DNA from: an uncultured archaeon
GTDB lineage: Archaea > Altiarchaeota > Altiarchaeia > IMC4 > QMZM01
DNA: 64,000 nucleotides
Direction: 5' to 3'
NCBI GenBank assembly: GCA_964549685.1
Contig: CAZJVE010000003.1
Location: 32,344 to 96,343 of the forward strand
The notes beneath the pieces are model-generated. The model was not told the origin of the DNA and did no database searches. It saw nothing but the letters and a program-made list of their open reading frames with translations. The translations under genes were made by a program, and so were the position numbers. The first letter of the stretch is position 1, and each line of letters opens with the position of its first letter. Positions 18,405 through 27,885 of the stretch are shown here, piece by piece.

Positions 18405-19496
18405 ATGAAGATTGGGATATTCACGGACACCTATTTTCCGCAGATTAACGGCGTAACCTTCACGGTAAAGGCCTGGAAGGATAGACTTAAGGAAACGCAT
18501 GAGGTATCCATCTATTATCCAAAGGGGAAGTACAAGCCGGAACATGACGAATTTCCCTTCAAGTCCATGGAGTTCAAGTTCTACAAGGGCTACAAGGTTG
18601 CCTTTCCCGTTGACATATCAAGGAAGGCAAAGGACCTGGACATAGTCCACATCCACGGGCTGTTCTCGATGGCCCTGGCTGGGCTTTACGTCTCAAAAAG
18701 ATACAAGCTGCCGAGAATTCTCACATACCATACACCTGCCGACCAGTACATCAGCTACATGACCAAGAACAAGACCCTCCAGAGCAGCCTGATGAAACTC
18801 TATAACCTCTGGGAGAGAAAGCTGCTGAATTCCTGCGACTTTGTCACATGCCCGTCAAACCCCATCAGGAAGATGCTGCTGAAGAAGGGCGTGAAAGACG
18901 TAACCGTTCTCTCCAACGGCATAGACCTGGAATTCTTCAGGCCGACCGACCCGGCACAGTTCAGGGAGAAATTCGGGGTTAAGGCTGAAAAGGTGATAGG
19001 ATTCTGCGGCCGCTTCGGCTATGAAAAGCACCTGGAGGACCTGATAGGAATCGCTGATAAATTCGACGGAGATATTCTGATTGCCGGAATGGGCCCTGCC
19101 GAGGCGCATTTCAAGAAACTCGGCAAGGGGAAGAAGAATGTGAAATTCATCGGCTTTCTTACAAGAGAGGAGCTGCTTGCGTTCTACTCCTGCCTTGACA
19201 TCTTTGTGTTTCCGTCAACGGCAGAAACCCAGGGCCTTGTTGCCTTGGAGGCGATGGCCTGCGGAACTCCAGTTGTTGGAGCAGATGCAATGGCCCTGAA
19301 AGATACCATTCAGGAGGGGGTGAATGGCTATAGGTATAAACAGGGCGACCTGAAGAAACTGATGCAGCTGATTGACAAGGCCTACAAGAACAAGGATGAG
19401 CTGGCCAGTAACGGCCTTGAGACGGTGAAGGAACACTCGCTACACAATACTGTCGAGAAACTGAACGAAATCTACGAGAAGTTAGCCAGTCGCTGA
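18405..19496 (+). CDS. GT4 glycosyltransferase (1,2-diacylglycerol glucosyltransferase-like)
   Basis: MKIGIFTDTYFPQINGV, TYHT, SNGID, FPSTAETQGLVALEAMACG. Confidence 0.9.
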   Translation: MKIGIFTDTYFPQINGVTFTVKAWKDRLKETHEVSIYYPKGKYKPEHDEFPFKSMEFKFYKGYKVAFPVDISRKAKDLDIVHIHGLFSMALAGLYVSKRYKLPRILTYHTPADQYISYMTKNKTLQSSLMKLYNLWERKLLNSCDFVTCPSNPIRKMLLKKGVKDVTVLSNGIDLEFFRPTDPAQFREKFGVKAEKVIGFCGRFGYEKHLEDLIGIADKFDGDILIAGMGPAEAHFKKLGKGKKNVKFIGFLTREELLAFYSCLDIFVFPSTAETQGLVALEAMACGTPVVGADAMALKDTIQEGVNGYRYKQGDLKKLMQLIDKAYKNKDELASNGLETVKEHSLHNTVEKLNEIYEKLASR

Positions 19497-20756
19497 ATCC
19501 AGCCCGAGGCTGTCCTTGACTATTGTCTTTATTTCCTGTGGAGGATAACCAAGCCTTATCAGCCTTGTCGTGCCTCTTACTCCCTTACCTGACGCCCTCA
19601 GCGTAATCATACCCAGCATCTCTAATTCGTTCAGATAGTCTGAAAACTGCCTCATGGTCCTCGGGTTCCGCTCCAGTGAATTACAGTTGCCCTCATATGC
19701 CTCATACACCTCGCCGCTGAAGAGGTCGCCGTTATGTATCCCGGAAAGCCTCTTGTACATGCCCCCCTGCGATGCAAGCGCCGCTATCGAGTACATGACA
19801 ATCTGCTGGTGCTCTGGGAGGGTGCTTATCGCCTCGGCCATTATGTCTGTTTCAACTGCATTCTTCGCCTTCCCGACGTCATCGGCATTAACCTTCTTCC
19901 TCCCGGAGTCCTGCGCTATCTCCCCCGCCTTCTGCAGCAGCTTTAATGCATACCTGGCATCGCCGTCCTGGGCCGCAAACGCCGAAATCCTTGAGATGGC
20001 AGAATCATCCATAGTCTTCTTCTGGAATCCCGCCGCTACTCTCTGCTTTAGGATGCTCTTCAGCTGCATGGCGTTGTAGGGCTTGAACAGCCGCTCCTCC
20101 TCACACAGCGTGCTTTTGGTCCGTGGGTCCAGCCGTTTCTTAAACCTTGCATCGTTCGATATCCCTATTACCGAGAGTGAGCCGGATTTTATCTCGTCGT
20201 TTATCCTGGTTAAGAGGTAGACAACATCATTTAGGCCCTTGGTTATCATGTCAATCTCATCGAGAACGACTACGATGTTAAGGCCGTTGTCCTGGATAAC
20301 CTTCAGGAGCCTTTCGTACAAATCCGCGGGGTCCATGCCCTTCAGCCCTTTATCAGACCTGTCGGAGAGGGGAATGCTCTTCAGCCCCTCGGTGTTCAGG
20401 GCCTCGTCCTCCAGAATCTTCAGGAAAACCTGGTATTTCGAGTTCCTTACCTTGCAGTTCATATACACGACTCCCACTATAACGTTGTTGGAATTCTTAT
20501 CCGGGTTTTGGACGAATTCCTCCAGTTTCCTGAGAACGTATTTTACCGATACTGTCTTTCCTGTGCCTGTCTTCCCATAGACGAAGATGTTGTCCGGCTT
20601 CTCGTTCCTCAGGACGTGGGCTATAATCCGCGTCAGGTCCCTTATCTCGTTCTCCCTGTGAGGAAGCTCCACTGGAACATAGTGCGGAGACAGGATTGAG
20701 ACGTTCTTGAATATCTTTCTTTCCTTCAGCTCCTTTTCGAATAAATCGTCTACCAT
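19482..20756 (-). CDS. cdc6: Orc1/Cdc6 replication initiator
   Basis: LPHRE, GKTGTGKT, VVLDEID, PYNA, GDAR, C-terminal wHTH with GVRGTTR. Confidence 0.93.
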   Translation of the reverse strand: MVDDLFEKELKERKIFKNVSILSPHYVPVELPHRENEIRDLTRIIAHVLRNEKPDNIFVYGKTGTGKTVSVKYVLRKLEEFVQNPDKNSNNVIVGVVYMNCKVRNSKYQVFLKILEDEALNTEGLKSIPLSDRSDKGLKGMDPADLYERLLKVIQDNGLNIVVVLDEIDMITKGLNDVVYLLTRINDEIKSGSLSVIGISNDARFKKRLDPRTKSTLCEEERLFKPYNAMQLKSILKQRVAAGFQKKTMDDSAISRISAFAAQDGDARYALKLLQKAGEIAQDSGRKKVNADDVGKAKNAVETDIMAEAISTLPEHQQIVMYSIAALASQGGMYKRLSGIHNGDLFSGEVYEAYEGNCNSLERNPRTMRQFSDYLNELEMLGMITLRASGKGVRGTTRLIRLGYPPQEIKTIVKDSLGLDSATG

Positions 20757-20834
20757 TTTCCTGGCTAGGTTGTTTTTTAACCAAAGAAGTATAATTTATT
20801 AAGTAATCCTTTTAATTAACTGGTGAGACTAAAA

Positions 20835-21203
20835 ATGGTGCTTAAGAAGATTTTAGGGCGTGGAGAAGAGGTGGAAGAGGAGGAGATAGACATAGAGGAG
20901 TATCTCAATGATCTAAGCATAAGGGAAGGCAAAATCATCGAAAGGGACGACATCACCTACGTAAAGCCAGTTGACCTTGACAGGGAGGGCGGAGGACTGG
21001 CCCAGGCCATGCAGGAGCTGGAGAAGGACAACATAGTCGTCCTGAACGTAAGAACCCTTATGGACAACAAGCTGCTCCTGAGGAAGATAGTCAAGGAGTT
21101 GAGGGATGCCTGCCTCGATGCAGATGGAGATATAGGTAAAATATCAGACGAGAAGATTCTGATAGTCCCCAGCGGAATGAGAATAGTCCATAGGGGAAGC
21201 TAA
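20835..21203 (+). CDS. sepF: Archaeal SepF (DUF552) cell-division protein
   Basis: NIVVLNV...GDIGKI...ILIVP; GGTGA Shine-Dalgarno before the ATG at 20835. Confidence 0.8.
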   Translation: MVLKKILGRGEEVEEEEIDIEEYLNDLSIREGKIIERDDITYVKPVDLDREGGGLAQAMQELEKDNIVVLNVRTLMDNKLLLRKIVKELRDACLDADGDIGKISDEKILIVPSGMRIVHRGS

Positions 21204-21211
21204 CCCGTAGG

Positions 21212-21814
21212 ATGAGAGTTTTTGGAACGAATGTTGGCTTCATTGAGTCTGTAATTGCAGTATGTTTTCTCGCCTTTATGGCCATCCAGATAGGGGGCAG
21301 GGCGGTCATTGCACTTATCGTATTGAGCCCCAGCACTGTTGCGATTTTTCCATGGACAGTTGTAAGCAGCATATTCGCCCACGCCGGAGTAACGCATCTC
21401 ATATTCAACATGCTCGGGATGTACCTCTGGGGGAGCTATTTGCAGTCGATTATAGGTGAAAAGAGGCTGATAAGGGTTTTCTTTGCCGGCGGTCTTCTGG
21501 GAAGCGTCTTAAGCGTCATAATCTATTCAATCTCTAATCCCACAGTCTTTGTTCTCGGGGCTTCTGGAGCCATATTCGCAATCGCAGCAACCCTTGCAAT
21601 GTTGAGGCCAAATATGAGGGTTATGATGATTCCAGTTCCTATCCCCATGCAGCTATGGAAGGCGGTATTTGGATTCATGCTGCTTCTCTCATTCATTCCC
21701 GGAACTGCGTGGCCGGGCCATCTTGGAGGGCTTGTAGCAGGGGCATTGATGGGACACTTCTACAAGAAAAAAGGCATCGGCAAGGCGCCGGCTCATGGCT
21801 TCAGATTCTACTAA
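21212..21814 (+). CDS. Rhomboid intramembrane serine protease
   Basis: HLIFNM, GASGAI and GHLGG catalytic motifs. Confidence 0.92.
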   Translation: MRVFGTNVGFIESVIAVCFLAFMAIQIGGRAVIALIVLSPSTVAIFPWTVVSSIFAHAGVTHLIFNMLGMYLWGSYLQSIIGEKRLIRVFFAGGLLGSVLSVIIYSISNPTVFVLGASGAIFAIAATLAMLRPNMRVMMIPVPIPMQLWKAVFGFMLLLSFIPGTAWPGHLGGLVAGALMGHFYKKKGIGKAPAHGFRFY

Positions 21815-21816
21815 AA

Positions 21817-23601
21817 CTACCTCCCGAAATAATCATTCCAGGACTTTACCTCCATCTCCCTGTGCCTTACCAGGTCGATGGCATTGGCAGCAGCCAGAGC
21901 CCCTGCCACGGTCGTTATATAGGGGACATCCAAATCCACGGCGCTGCATCTAATCTTATAGCCATCTCTCTTCGGCTTCTTTCCGATGGTGGGTGTGTTT
22001 ATTATGAGGTCTATGCTTTTTTCCCTCATCAAGTCGAGAACATTGGGGCTTCCCTCACTTATCTTCAGGACCTTCCGGTTATCCACCCCATTCTTTGTCA
22101 GGAAATCGGAGGTTCCGGTCGTAGCGATTATCTCAAAACCCATATCCGAAAATTTCTTGGCTATTGGAAGAAGCACTGGCTGATGCTTCGTGTTAACACT
22201 CATGAATATCTTTCCTTGCAATGGCAACTCGTTGCCTGCTGCAATCTGAGACTTGTAATAGGCCATTGCAAAGTCACGGTCTATACCCATAACCTCTCCA
22301 GTCGATTTCATCTCAGGGCCGAGGACCGGGTCGACATTCGGCAGTTTTATGAATGGAAAAACGACCTCCTTTACCGAAACGTGCTTGATCTTCCCCATTG
22401 GATTAAAATCAGTAACTATGTCCTTCAGCTTCATCCCAATCATTGCCTTGGCCGCTATCTTTGCCAATGGAATCCCGACCGATTTGCCGACAAACGGAAC
22501 GGTTCTTGATGATCTTGGATTGGCTTCCAGTGCATAGACCTTTCCGTCCCTTACAGCGTACTGTATATTCAGCAGGCCGACGACGTTCAGTTCAAGAGCA
22601 AGCTTCTTCGAATACTCCTCTATTGTCTTGATTATCCCCTTCTCCAGAGTCTGTGGCGGAATTACGCATGCTGAATCTCCGGAATGGATTCCCGCCTCTT
22701 CGATGTGCTCCATTATAGCTCCTATAAGAACGTCCTTTCCGTCAGAGACGACATCGACATCAACCTCAACAGCATCCTGAAGGAACTTGTCCACCAGAAT
22801 CGGGTGCTTCGGCGACACCCTGACTGCCTCCTGGATGTAGTCCTCAAGTTCATCCTCGTCATGAACTATCTCCATTGCTCTCCCACCAAGAACATAGCTC
22901 GGCCTTACGAGGACCGGGTATCCGATTCTCGAGGCAATCTCTTTTGCCTCCTTGAAGCTGTGAGCCGTGCCCCAGTCAGCAGAGGGTATCTTCAGTTTAT
23001 CCAGAACCTTCCCGAAGAGGTCCCTGTTCTCTGCCCGGTCTATGTCCTCCGGCCTTGTGCCGAGAATCTTTACGCCGTTCTCATTTAATGAATGCACGAG
23101 ATTTATTGCCGTCTGGCCCCCGAACTGGACCATCACTCCAAGCAGGTTTTTGGACTCCTCCTCAACGATATCCATAACATTCTCGAGTGTTATTGGCTCG
23201 AAGTACAGCTTGTCGGATATATCAAAATCCGTAGAAACCGTCTCAGGGTTGTTGTTAACAACAACAGTCTCAATCCCTACCTCCCCTAATGCGAATACTG
23301 CATGCACCGTGCAGCAATCGAATTCTATCCCCTGGCCAATCCTTATTGGACCGGAGCCGAGAATTATGACCTTCTTCTTGTCTGAAACCTCGGATTCATC
23401 CTCGTGCTCATAGGTCGAATAGTAGTAGGGCGTTTCTGCATCGAATTCGGCTGCACACGTATCGACCATCTTATAGGTGGTTTCTATGGAACTCTTCCTT
23501 CTCAATTCCCTCAGCTTTTTCTCATCCCCCAACTGACTGTCCAGAAAGCCCATTCTCTTCAGCTTCTTTAGTTCCTCTGCATCAATCTTGACCATATCCA
23601 T
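21817..23601 (-). CDS. carB: Carbamoyl-phosphate synthase large chain, C-terminal half only (split CarB)
   Basis: YKMVDTCAAEF, GSGPIRIGQGIEFD, RPSYVLGG, GPEMKSTGE, MGS domain; the N-terminal carboxyphosphate half is absent. Confidence 0.92.
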   Translation of the reverse strand: MDMVKIDAEELKKLKRMGFLDSQLGDEKKLRELRRKSSIETTYKMVDTCAAEFDAETPYYYSTYEHEDESEVSDKKKVIILGSGPIRIGQGIEFDCCTVHAVFALGEVGIETVVVNNNPETVSTDFDISDKLYFEPITLENVMDIVEEESKNLLGVMVQFGGQTAINLVHSLNENGVKILGTRPEDIDRAENRDLFGKVLDKLKIPSADWGTAHSFKEAKEIASRIGYPVLVRPSYVLGGRAMEIVHDEDELEDYIQEAVRVSPKHPILVDKFLQDAVEVDVDVVSDGKDVLIGAIMEHIEEAGIHSGDSACVIPPQTLEKGIIKTIEEYSKKLALELNVVGLLNIQYAVRDGKVYALEANPRSSRTVPFVGKSVGIPLAKIAAKAMIGMKLKDIVTDFNPMGKIKHVSVKEVVFPFIKLPNVDPVLGPEMKSTGEVMGIDRDFAMAYYKSQIAAGNELPLQGKIFMSVNTKHQPVLLPIAKKFSDMGFEIIATTGTSDFLTKNGVDNRKVLKISEGSPNVLDLMREKSIDLIINTPTIGKKPKRDGYKIRCSAVDLDVPYITTVAGALAAANAIDLVRHREMEVKSWNDYFGR

Positions 23602-23635
23602 ATATATTTAAATTCATTCAATATATTCAGTATCC

Positions 23636-24517
23636 ATGAAAACCGATAGGATAAAGGAATGGTTAAAGGCGCTCATTGATATTCTGAGGCTAAGAAACGG
23701 CATTATGTCATTCTTCGGCGTTTTGATTGCAGCCGAGATAGCGCTCTATGGCGGCCATCTTATGCTACCTGTCAGGGTAATAATCGCAGGAATCTCTGCA
23801 GCCATGATAACCAGTGCCGGAAATATAATCAACGACTACTTCGACGTTGAGATAGACAAGATTAACAAGCCGGACAGGCCCATCCCATCAGGGAGGATAT
23901 CCAGGAGCGACGCCCTCATGCTGTCGTTCGCTCTCTTCATGATAGGGCTCGGCTTGGCAAAATATGTGAACGTCTACTGTCTCGCCCTTGCGGGACTGAA
24001 CTCCGTTCTCCTGATAATATACGGCAGATACTCAAAGAAGATGTTCATCATCTCGAATCTCATAGTGAGTTACCTTGTTGCCTCAATATTTATCTTTGGA
24101 GCGCTGTCCGTGATAAATATGGCTGATTTCGGTTCGATGGGTTTGAGGCTCGTGGCTTTATTGTCCTCCTGCGCGTTCCTTATAACCCTCTCAAGGGAGA
24201 TTGTAAAGGACGTTGAGGACATTGAGGGCGATAAAAAGAACTACTGCAGCACGCTGCCCATATGCATAGGCCCGGATAATGCAAAGAACCTGGCAAAGAT
24301 CTTCATTGCCTTCGCCATAGTCCTGAGCCTTGTGCCGTTTGTAACGCAACCAGTTAGATTCGACCTTTTGTCCTATGCTCTCCCGATAATAGCTGCGGAC
24401 CTCATCTTCATCATATCACTGACAATGAGCCCGACAATCGCGCAGAGGATTATGGTTTTCGCCATGTTTCTTGCATTAGTTGGCTTCTCCCTCGGTGCAA
24501 TAATGCCAAAGGTATAA
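23636..24517 (+). CDS. Digeranylgeranylglyceryl phosphate synthase (UbiA family)
   Basis: GNIINDYFDVEIDKINKPDRPIPSG; REIVKDVEDIEGD. Confidence 0.88.
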   Translation: MKTDRIKEWLKALIDILRLRNGIMSFFGVLIAAEIALYGGHLMLPVRVIIAGISAAMITSAGNIINDYFDVEIDKINKPDRPIPSGRISRSDALMLSFALFMIGLGLAKYVNVYCLALAGLNSVLLIIYGRYSKKMFIISNLIVSYLVASIFIFGALSVINMADFGSMGLRLVALLSSCAFLITLSREIVKDVEDIEGDKKNYCSTLPICIGPDNAKNLAKIFIAFAIVLSLVPFVTQPVRFDLLSYALPIIAADLIFIISLTMSPTIAQRIMVFAMFLALVGFSLGAIMPKV

Positions 24518-24554
24518 CTTAAATTCTGAATCTAATTATTAGAATATCTATTCG

Positions 24555-24666
24555 GCCTCAGTAGCTCAGTAGGTAGAGCGTTGCCTTGGTATCGCGACCT
24601 CGTCGCGATGACGGAGCGTAAGCGACAGAAAGGCAAAGGTCGTGGGTTCGATTCCCACCTGAGGCT
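24555..24666 (+). tRNA. tRNA-Thr(GGT) with a 39-nt intron at 37/38 (about 24592-24630)
   Basis: Acceptor GCCTCAG/CTGAGGC, anticodon stem TTGCC/GGCAA, T arm GTGGG-TTCGATT-CCCAC, U discriminator. Confidence 0.9.
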
Positions 24667-24675
24667 TATTTCTGC

Positions 24676-26415
24676 TCAGTATTTCTCAAGTGTTGAAGTG
24701 TCTCCCAAGGGAAGGCCTAACTCCTGCGCCTTGAGAAGCCGCCTCATTATTTTCCCGCTTCTTGTTTTCGGCAAGGACTTCCTGAACTCTATCTCCCTTG
24801 GATATGCGTGGCCTGCAAGCCGTGTCTTGACGAACTTCTGGACATCCTTCATCAGCTTGTCCGTGGGCTTGTATCTCTCCCTCAGAACAACGAAGGCCTT
24901 TACTATCTCCCCCCTCATCTTGTCAGGTTTTCCTATCACTCCGGCTTCCACTATTGCGGGATGCTCCACAAGAGCTGATTCTACTTCAAAGGGCCCAACC
25001 CTCTCCCCTGCTGTCTTGATAACATCATCAGCACGACCTATAAACCAGAAATAACCGTCCTCGTCCATCCATGCCTTATCTCCTGAGATGTACCACTTCT
25101 TCCTAAAATATGACTTATACTTCTGGGGATTCCCCCATATCTCCCTCATCATTGATGGCCACCCAGGCTTCAGGGCCAGGTCTCCCTCGGTTCCGGGCGG
25201 AAGCTCCTTCCCATTGTCATCGATTATAGCAGCGCTAACCCCGGGAAAAGGCTTGCCCATGGACCCCGGTTTGATGGGCATGCAAGCATAATTTGCAATG
25301 AGAATTCCGCCGCCCTCGGTCTGCCACCAGTTGTCGTGAAACGGAAGCCCGAACACCTTTAAACTCCAGCGTATCGGCTCAGGGTTTAATGGTTCTCCAA
25401 CTGAGCATAAATGCCTCAGGGTTGAGAGGTCGTATTTTTTCGGGAGCCTGTTGCCGGCCTTCATCAGCATCCGTATGGCAGTAGGAGCAGTATACCATAT
25501 GCTGACCTTATATTTCTCAATCAATGAATACCACTTCTCTGGATTGAACCTCCCTGCGTAGACAACCTGGGAAACGCCACTGGACCAGGAGCCAAGGATT
25601 TCATAGGCGACACCCGTGACCCATCCCGGGTCTGCGGTGCACCAGTAGACATCATCGTCATTCAAATCGAGAACCCATTTTGCAGTTATGTGCTCCTGAA
25701 TTATGGAGTAATGGGCGTGCATCACGCCCTTCGGCTTTCCTGTTGTTCCTGACGTATAGAGCATGAAGGCATGGTCTTCGGGGTCCATCTCCCTCGTTTT
25801 GAAATTCCTGCTCGCCCGGTCCATCTCCTTTTCATAGCATACCTCGTTGTGATGGAAGTTTTTGTCCCCCACAAGAATAATCTTCTCAAGCTCAGGCAGC
25901 TCCTTCTCGATCTGGTAGGCCCTGTGCTTCAGTTCGGAATTAGTTATAAGAAATTTCGCCCCGGAATTCTCCAGCCTGTCCTTGATTCCCTGCGGACCAA
26001 ATGCGGAGAACATAGTGCCAGCGATGGCTCCGGTCTTCACAATGCCCAGAAAGCTTATATACAGCTCCGGAATCCTCGGCAGGAATATGAATACTCTGTC
26101 ACCTTTCCTGACACCCATCTTCTTCAGGACGTTGGCGAATTTATTGGACAGATTCTTAAGGTCCTGGAACGTGTATTTCTCCTCCTCCCCGTCGGCTCCC
26201 TCCCAGTAGAGCGCTACCTTGTTCTTTCTCCACCCGTTTGCGTGCCTGTCAATCGCGTTATGGGCGACATTAATCTTTCTTCCCTTGAAGAACTCAATCT
26301 CCTTCTCCATATCCTTCCATCTGAAATCATTTACTGCATCATCATAGTCCCTAAAGTTGGGCTCCTTCTTTAGTTTTTTCTTATGAACAAGTTTAGAAGA
26401 CTGCATTTTTATCAT
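24676..26415 (-). CDS. acsA: Acetate--CoA ligase (AMP-forming)
   Basis: YTSGTTGKPKG, WCTADPGWVTG, VGEPLNPE, DNWWQTE, LPKTRSGKIMRR. Confidence 0.92.
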   Translation of the reverse strand: MIKMQSSKLVHKKKLKKEPNFRDYDDAVNDFRWKDMEKEIEFFKGRKINVAHNAIDRHANGWRKNKVALYWEGADGEEEKYTFQDLKNLSNKFANVLKKMGVRKGDRVFIFLPRIPELYISFLGIVKTGAIAGTMFSAFGPQGIKDRLENSGAKFLITNSELKHRAYQIEKELPELEKIILVGDKNFHHNEVCYEKEMDRASRNFKTREMDPEDHAFMLYTSGTTGKPKGVMHAHYSIIQEHITAKWVLDLNDDDVYWCTADPGWVTGVAYEILGSWSSGVSQVVYAGRFNPEKWYSLIEKYKVSIWYTAPTAIRMLMKAGNRLPKKYDLSTLRHLCSVGEPLNPEPIRWSLKVFGLPFHDNWWQTEGGGILIANYACMPIKPGSMGKPFPGVSAAIIDDNGKELPPGTEGDLALKPGWPSMMREIWGNPQKYKSYFRKKWYISGDKAWMDEDGYFWFIGRADDVIKTAGERVGPFEVESALVEHPAIVEAGVIGKPDKMRGEIVKAFVVLRERYKPTDKLMKDVQKFVKTRLAGHAYPREIEFRKSLPKTRSGKIMRRLLKAQELGLPLGDTSTLEKY

Positions 26416-26445
26416 TAGACTATTTCTCGCAGAAGTTAAAAAGAT

Positions 26446-27249
26446 TCATTTTCCTTTTGATTGGATAATGACGGAGTTTATAAGAGCCCCGAGCAAAAGG
26501 AGAACCGCTGTGATGTAAACCCATGTGAGTAGAACTATTATCCCCCCTATGGAGCCGTAGATTACGCTATATCTTCCAAAATTCCTTACATAGAATCTGA
26601 AGACATAGGTTGCAAGAATCCAGACGAAGGAGAAGAACGCTGCTCCAGGTAAAAGCCTGTGGAAGGGCCGGTTTATGTTTGGCACGAACCTGTTCAGGAG
26701 CAGTATATTCAGGGTTACAAGAACGAATGTTCCGGCCACCTGGAGCAGCTCCAAAGGCAGATTACCTCCGCCCGCCCATCCGAGAATCGTGTCCCCGATG
26801 AAGACAAACATTGTTGAAAGCATGAAGAGAGAAACAGCAACGATGAGCAGAACCATCGAGAATATCTTCCTCCTGAGGAATGACCTGCTCTCCTCCACCT
26901 CGTAAATCCTGTCGAATGCCTTTATCGTAGAGTCCATTACTGTCGAGCCGGCCCATAGGGTAATCAGTAAGCTCAGGCCGAATATACCTATTGAATTGGA
27001 GCCAATCATGTCCACAATTGCACTGTTTATGAAATCTATCGCCATTGGGGGTGCAAAGTCATAGATGAGGACAAAAAACTGGGCCTGTATACCGGAGTAT
27101 TTAGACAGAAGGCCAACAATGGAAACTAGAAGGAGGAGGAATGGGAACATAGAGAACAGGCTCTGGTACGATATTTCAGCAGATAAACCGAAACAGTCGT
27201 GCCTGTTGAATTTTTCATATATCCTTTTTACAAATTCCATTAATTTCAT
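26446..27249 (-). CDS. YihY/BrkB family membrane protein
   Basis: SLFSMFPFLL...YGSIGGIIVLLTWVY...GA; start reassigned to MKLMEF. Confidence 0.88.
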   Translation of the reverse strand: MKLMEFVKRIYEKFNRHDCFGLSAEISYQSLFSMFPFLLLLVSIVGLLSKYSGIQAQFFVLIYDFAPPMAIDFINSAIVDMIGSNSIGIFGLSLLITLWAGSTVMDSTIKAFDRIYEVEESRSFLRRKIFSMVLLIVAVSLFMLSTMFVFIGDTILGWAGGGNLPLELLQVAGTFVLVTLNILLLNRFVPNINRPFHRLLPGAAFFSFVWILATYVFRFYVRNFGRYSVIYGSIGGIIVLLTWVYITAVLLLLGALINSVIIQSKGK

Positions 27250-27285
27250 CTTGTTAATTATATTAGATAAAACACAATAGATAAC

Positions 27286-27870
27286 ATGCCTGTCAAAAAA
27301 GCGATGCTCGAGGTTGTGAGGCACGTTGAGGACATAGTAGAGGGACTTAATGAGAAGCAGATAGCCGCCATGATAGAGGCCATAGAGGGGGCCGATAAGG
27401 TTTTCATGATTGGTGCGGGAAGGTCGGGAATGGCTTCAAGGGCTTTTGCGATGCGTCTCGTGCAGCTGGGTCTTACAGCCTATGTTGTCGGCGAATCAGT
27501 GACCCCTGCAATGACTGACAGAGACCTGCTAATAGCCGTCTCCGGCTCCGGAGAAACGAAATCCATCGTTTCTGCTGCCAGGACCGCAAAGGGTGTAGGG
27601 TCGACGATTCTTGCTGTTACATCATATCCAAGCTCAAGGCTCGGCAGGATTGCTGACATGAGGGTCACGATAAAGGGTAGAACCAAGATAGACGTTGAGA
27701 AGGACCACCTGAAGCACCAGATTGTGGGCACGCACTCGACTCTAACCCCACTGGGAACCCTCTTCGAGGACACTGTCATGATATTCTTCGACGGGATAAT
27801 AGCAAAGCTGATGTCGGACCTGAAAAAGGATGAGTTAGAGATGAAGAACAGGCACGCGACGCTTGAGTGA
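27286..27870 (+). CDS. hxlB: 6-phospho-3-hexuloisomerase
   Basis: GAGRSG, VVGESVTPA, SGSGET, PLGTLFE, RHATLE C-terminus. Confidence 0.92.
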   Translation: MPVKKAMLEVVRHVEDIVEGLNEKQIAAMIEAIEGADKVFMIGAGRSGMASRAFAMRLVQLGLTAYVVGESVTPAMTDRDLLIAVSGSGETKSIVSAARTAKGVGSTILAVTSYPSSRLGRIADMRVTIKGRTKIDVEKDHLKHQIVGTHSTLTPLGTLFEDTVMIFFDGIIAKLMSDLKKDELEMKNRHATLE

Positions 27871-27885
27871 AACAGGTATATCATA

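Noticed and set aside
20757-20834. Replication origin next to cdc6
   Set aside because: The gap is only about 78 nt and has no recognisable ORB repeats; it fits a divergent promoter.
21655-22509. 284-aa plus-strand ORF and similar long antisense ORFs (7978-8607, 39878-40552, 47076-47708, 61091-62023)
   Set aside because: They are shadows of well-supported genes on the opposite strand and have no recognisable motifs.
24581-25054. 157-aa ORF over the tRNA-Thr intron (possible intron-encoded protein)
   Set aside because: The intron is only 39 nt; the ORF runs through the tRNA and antisense to acsA.
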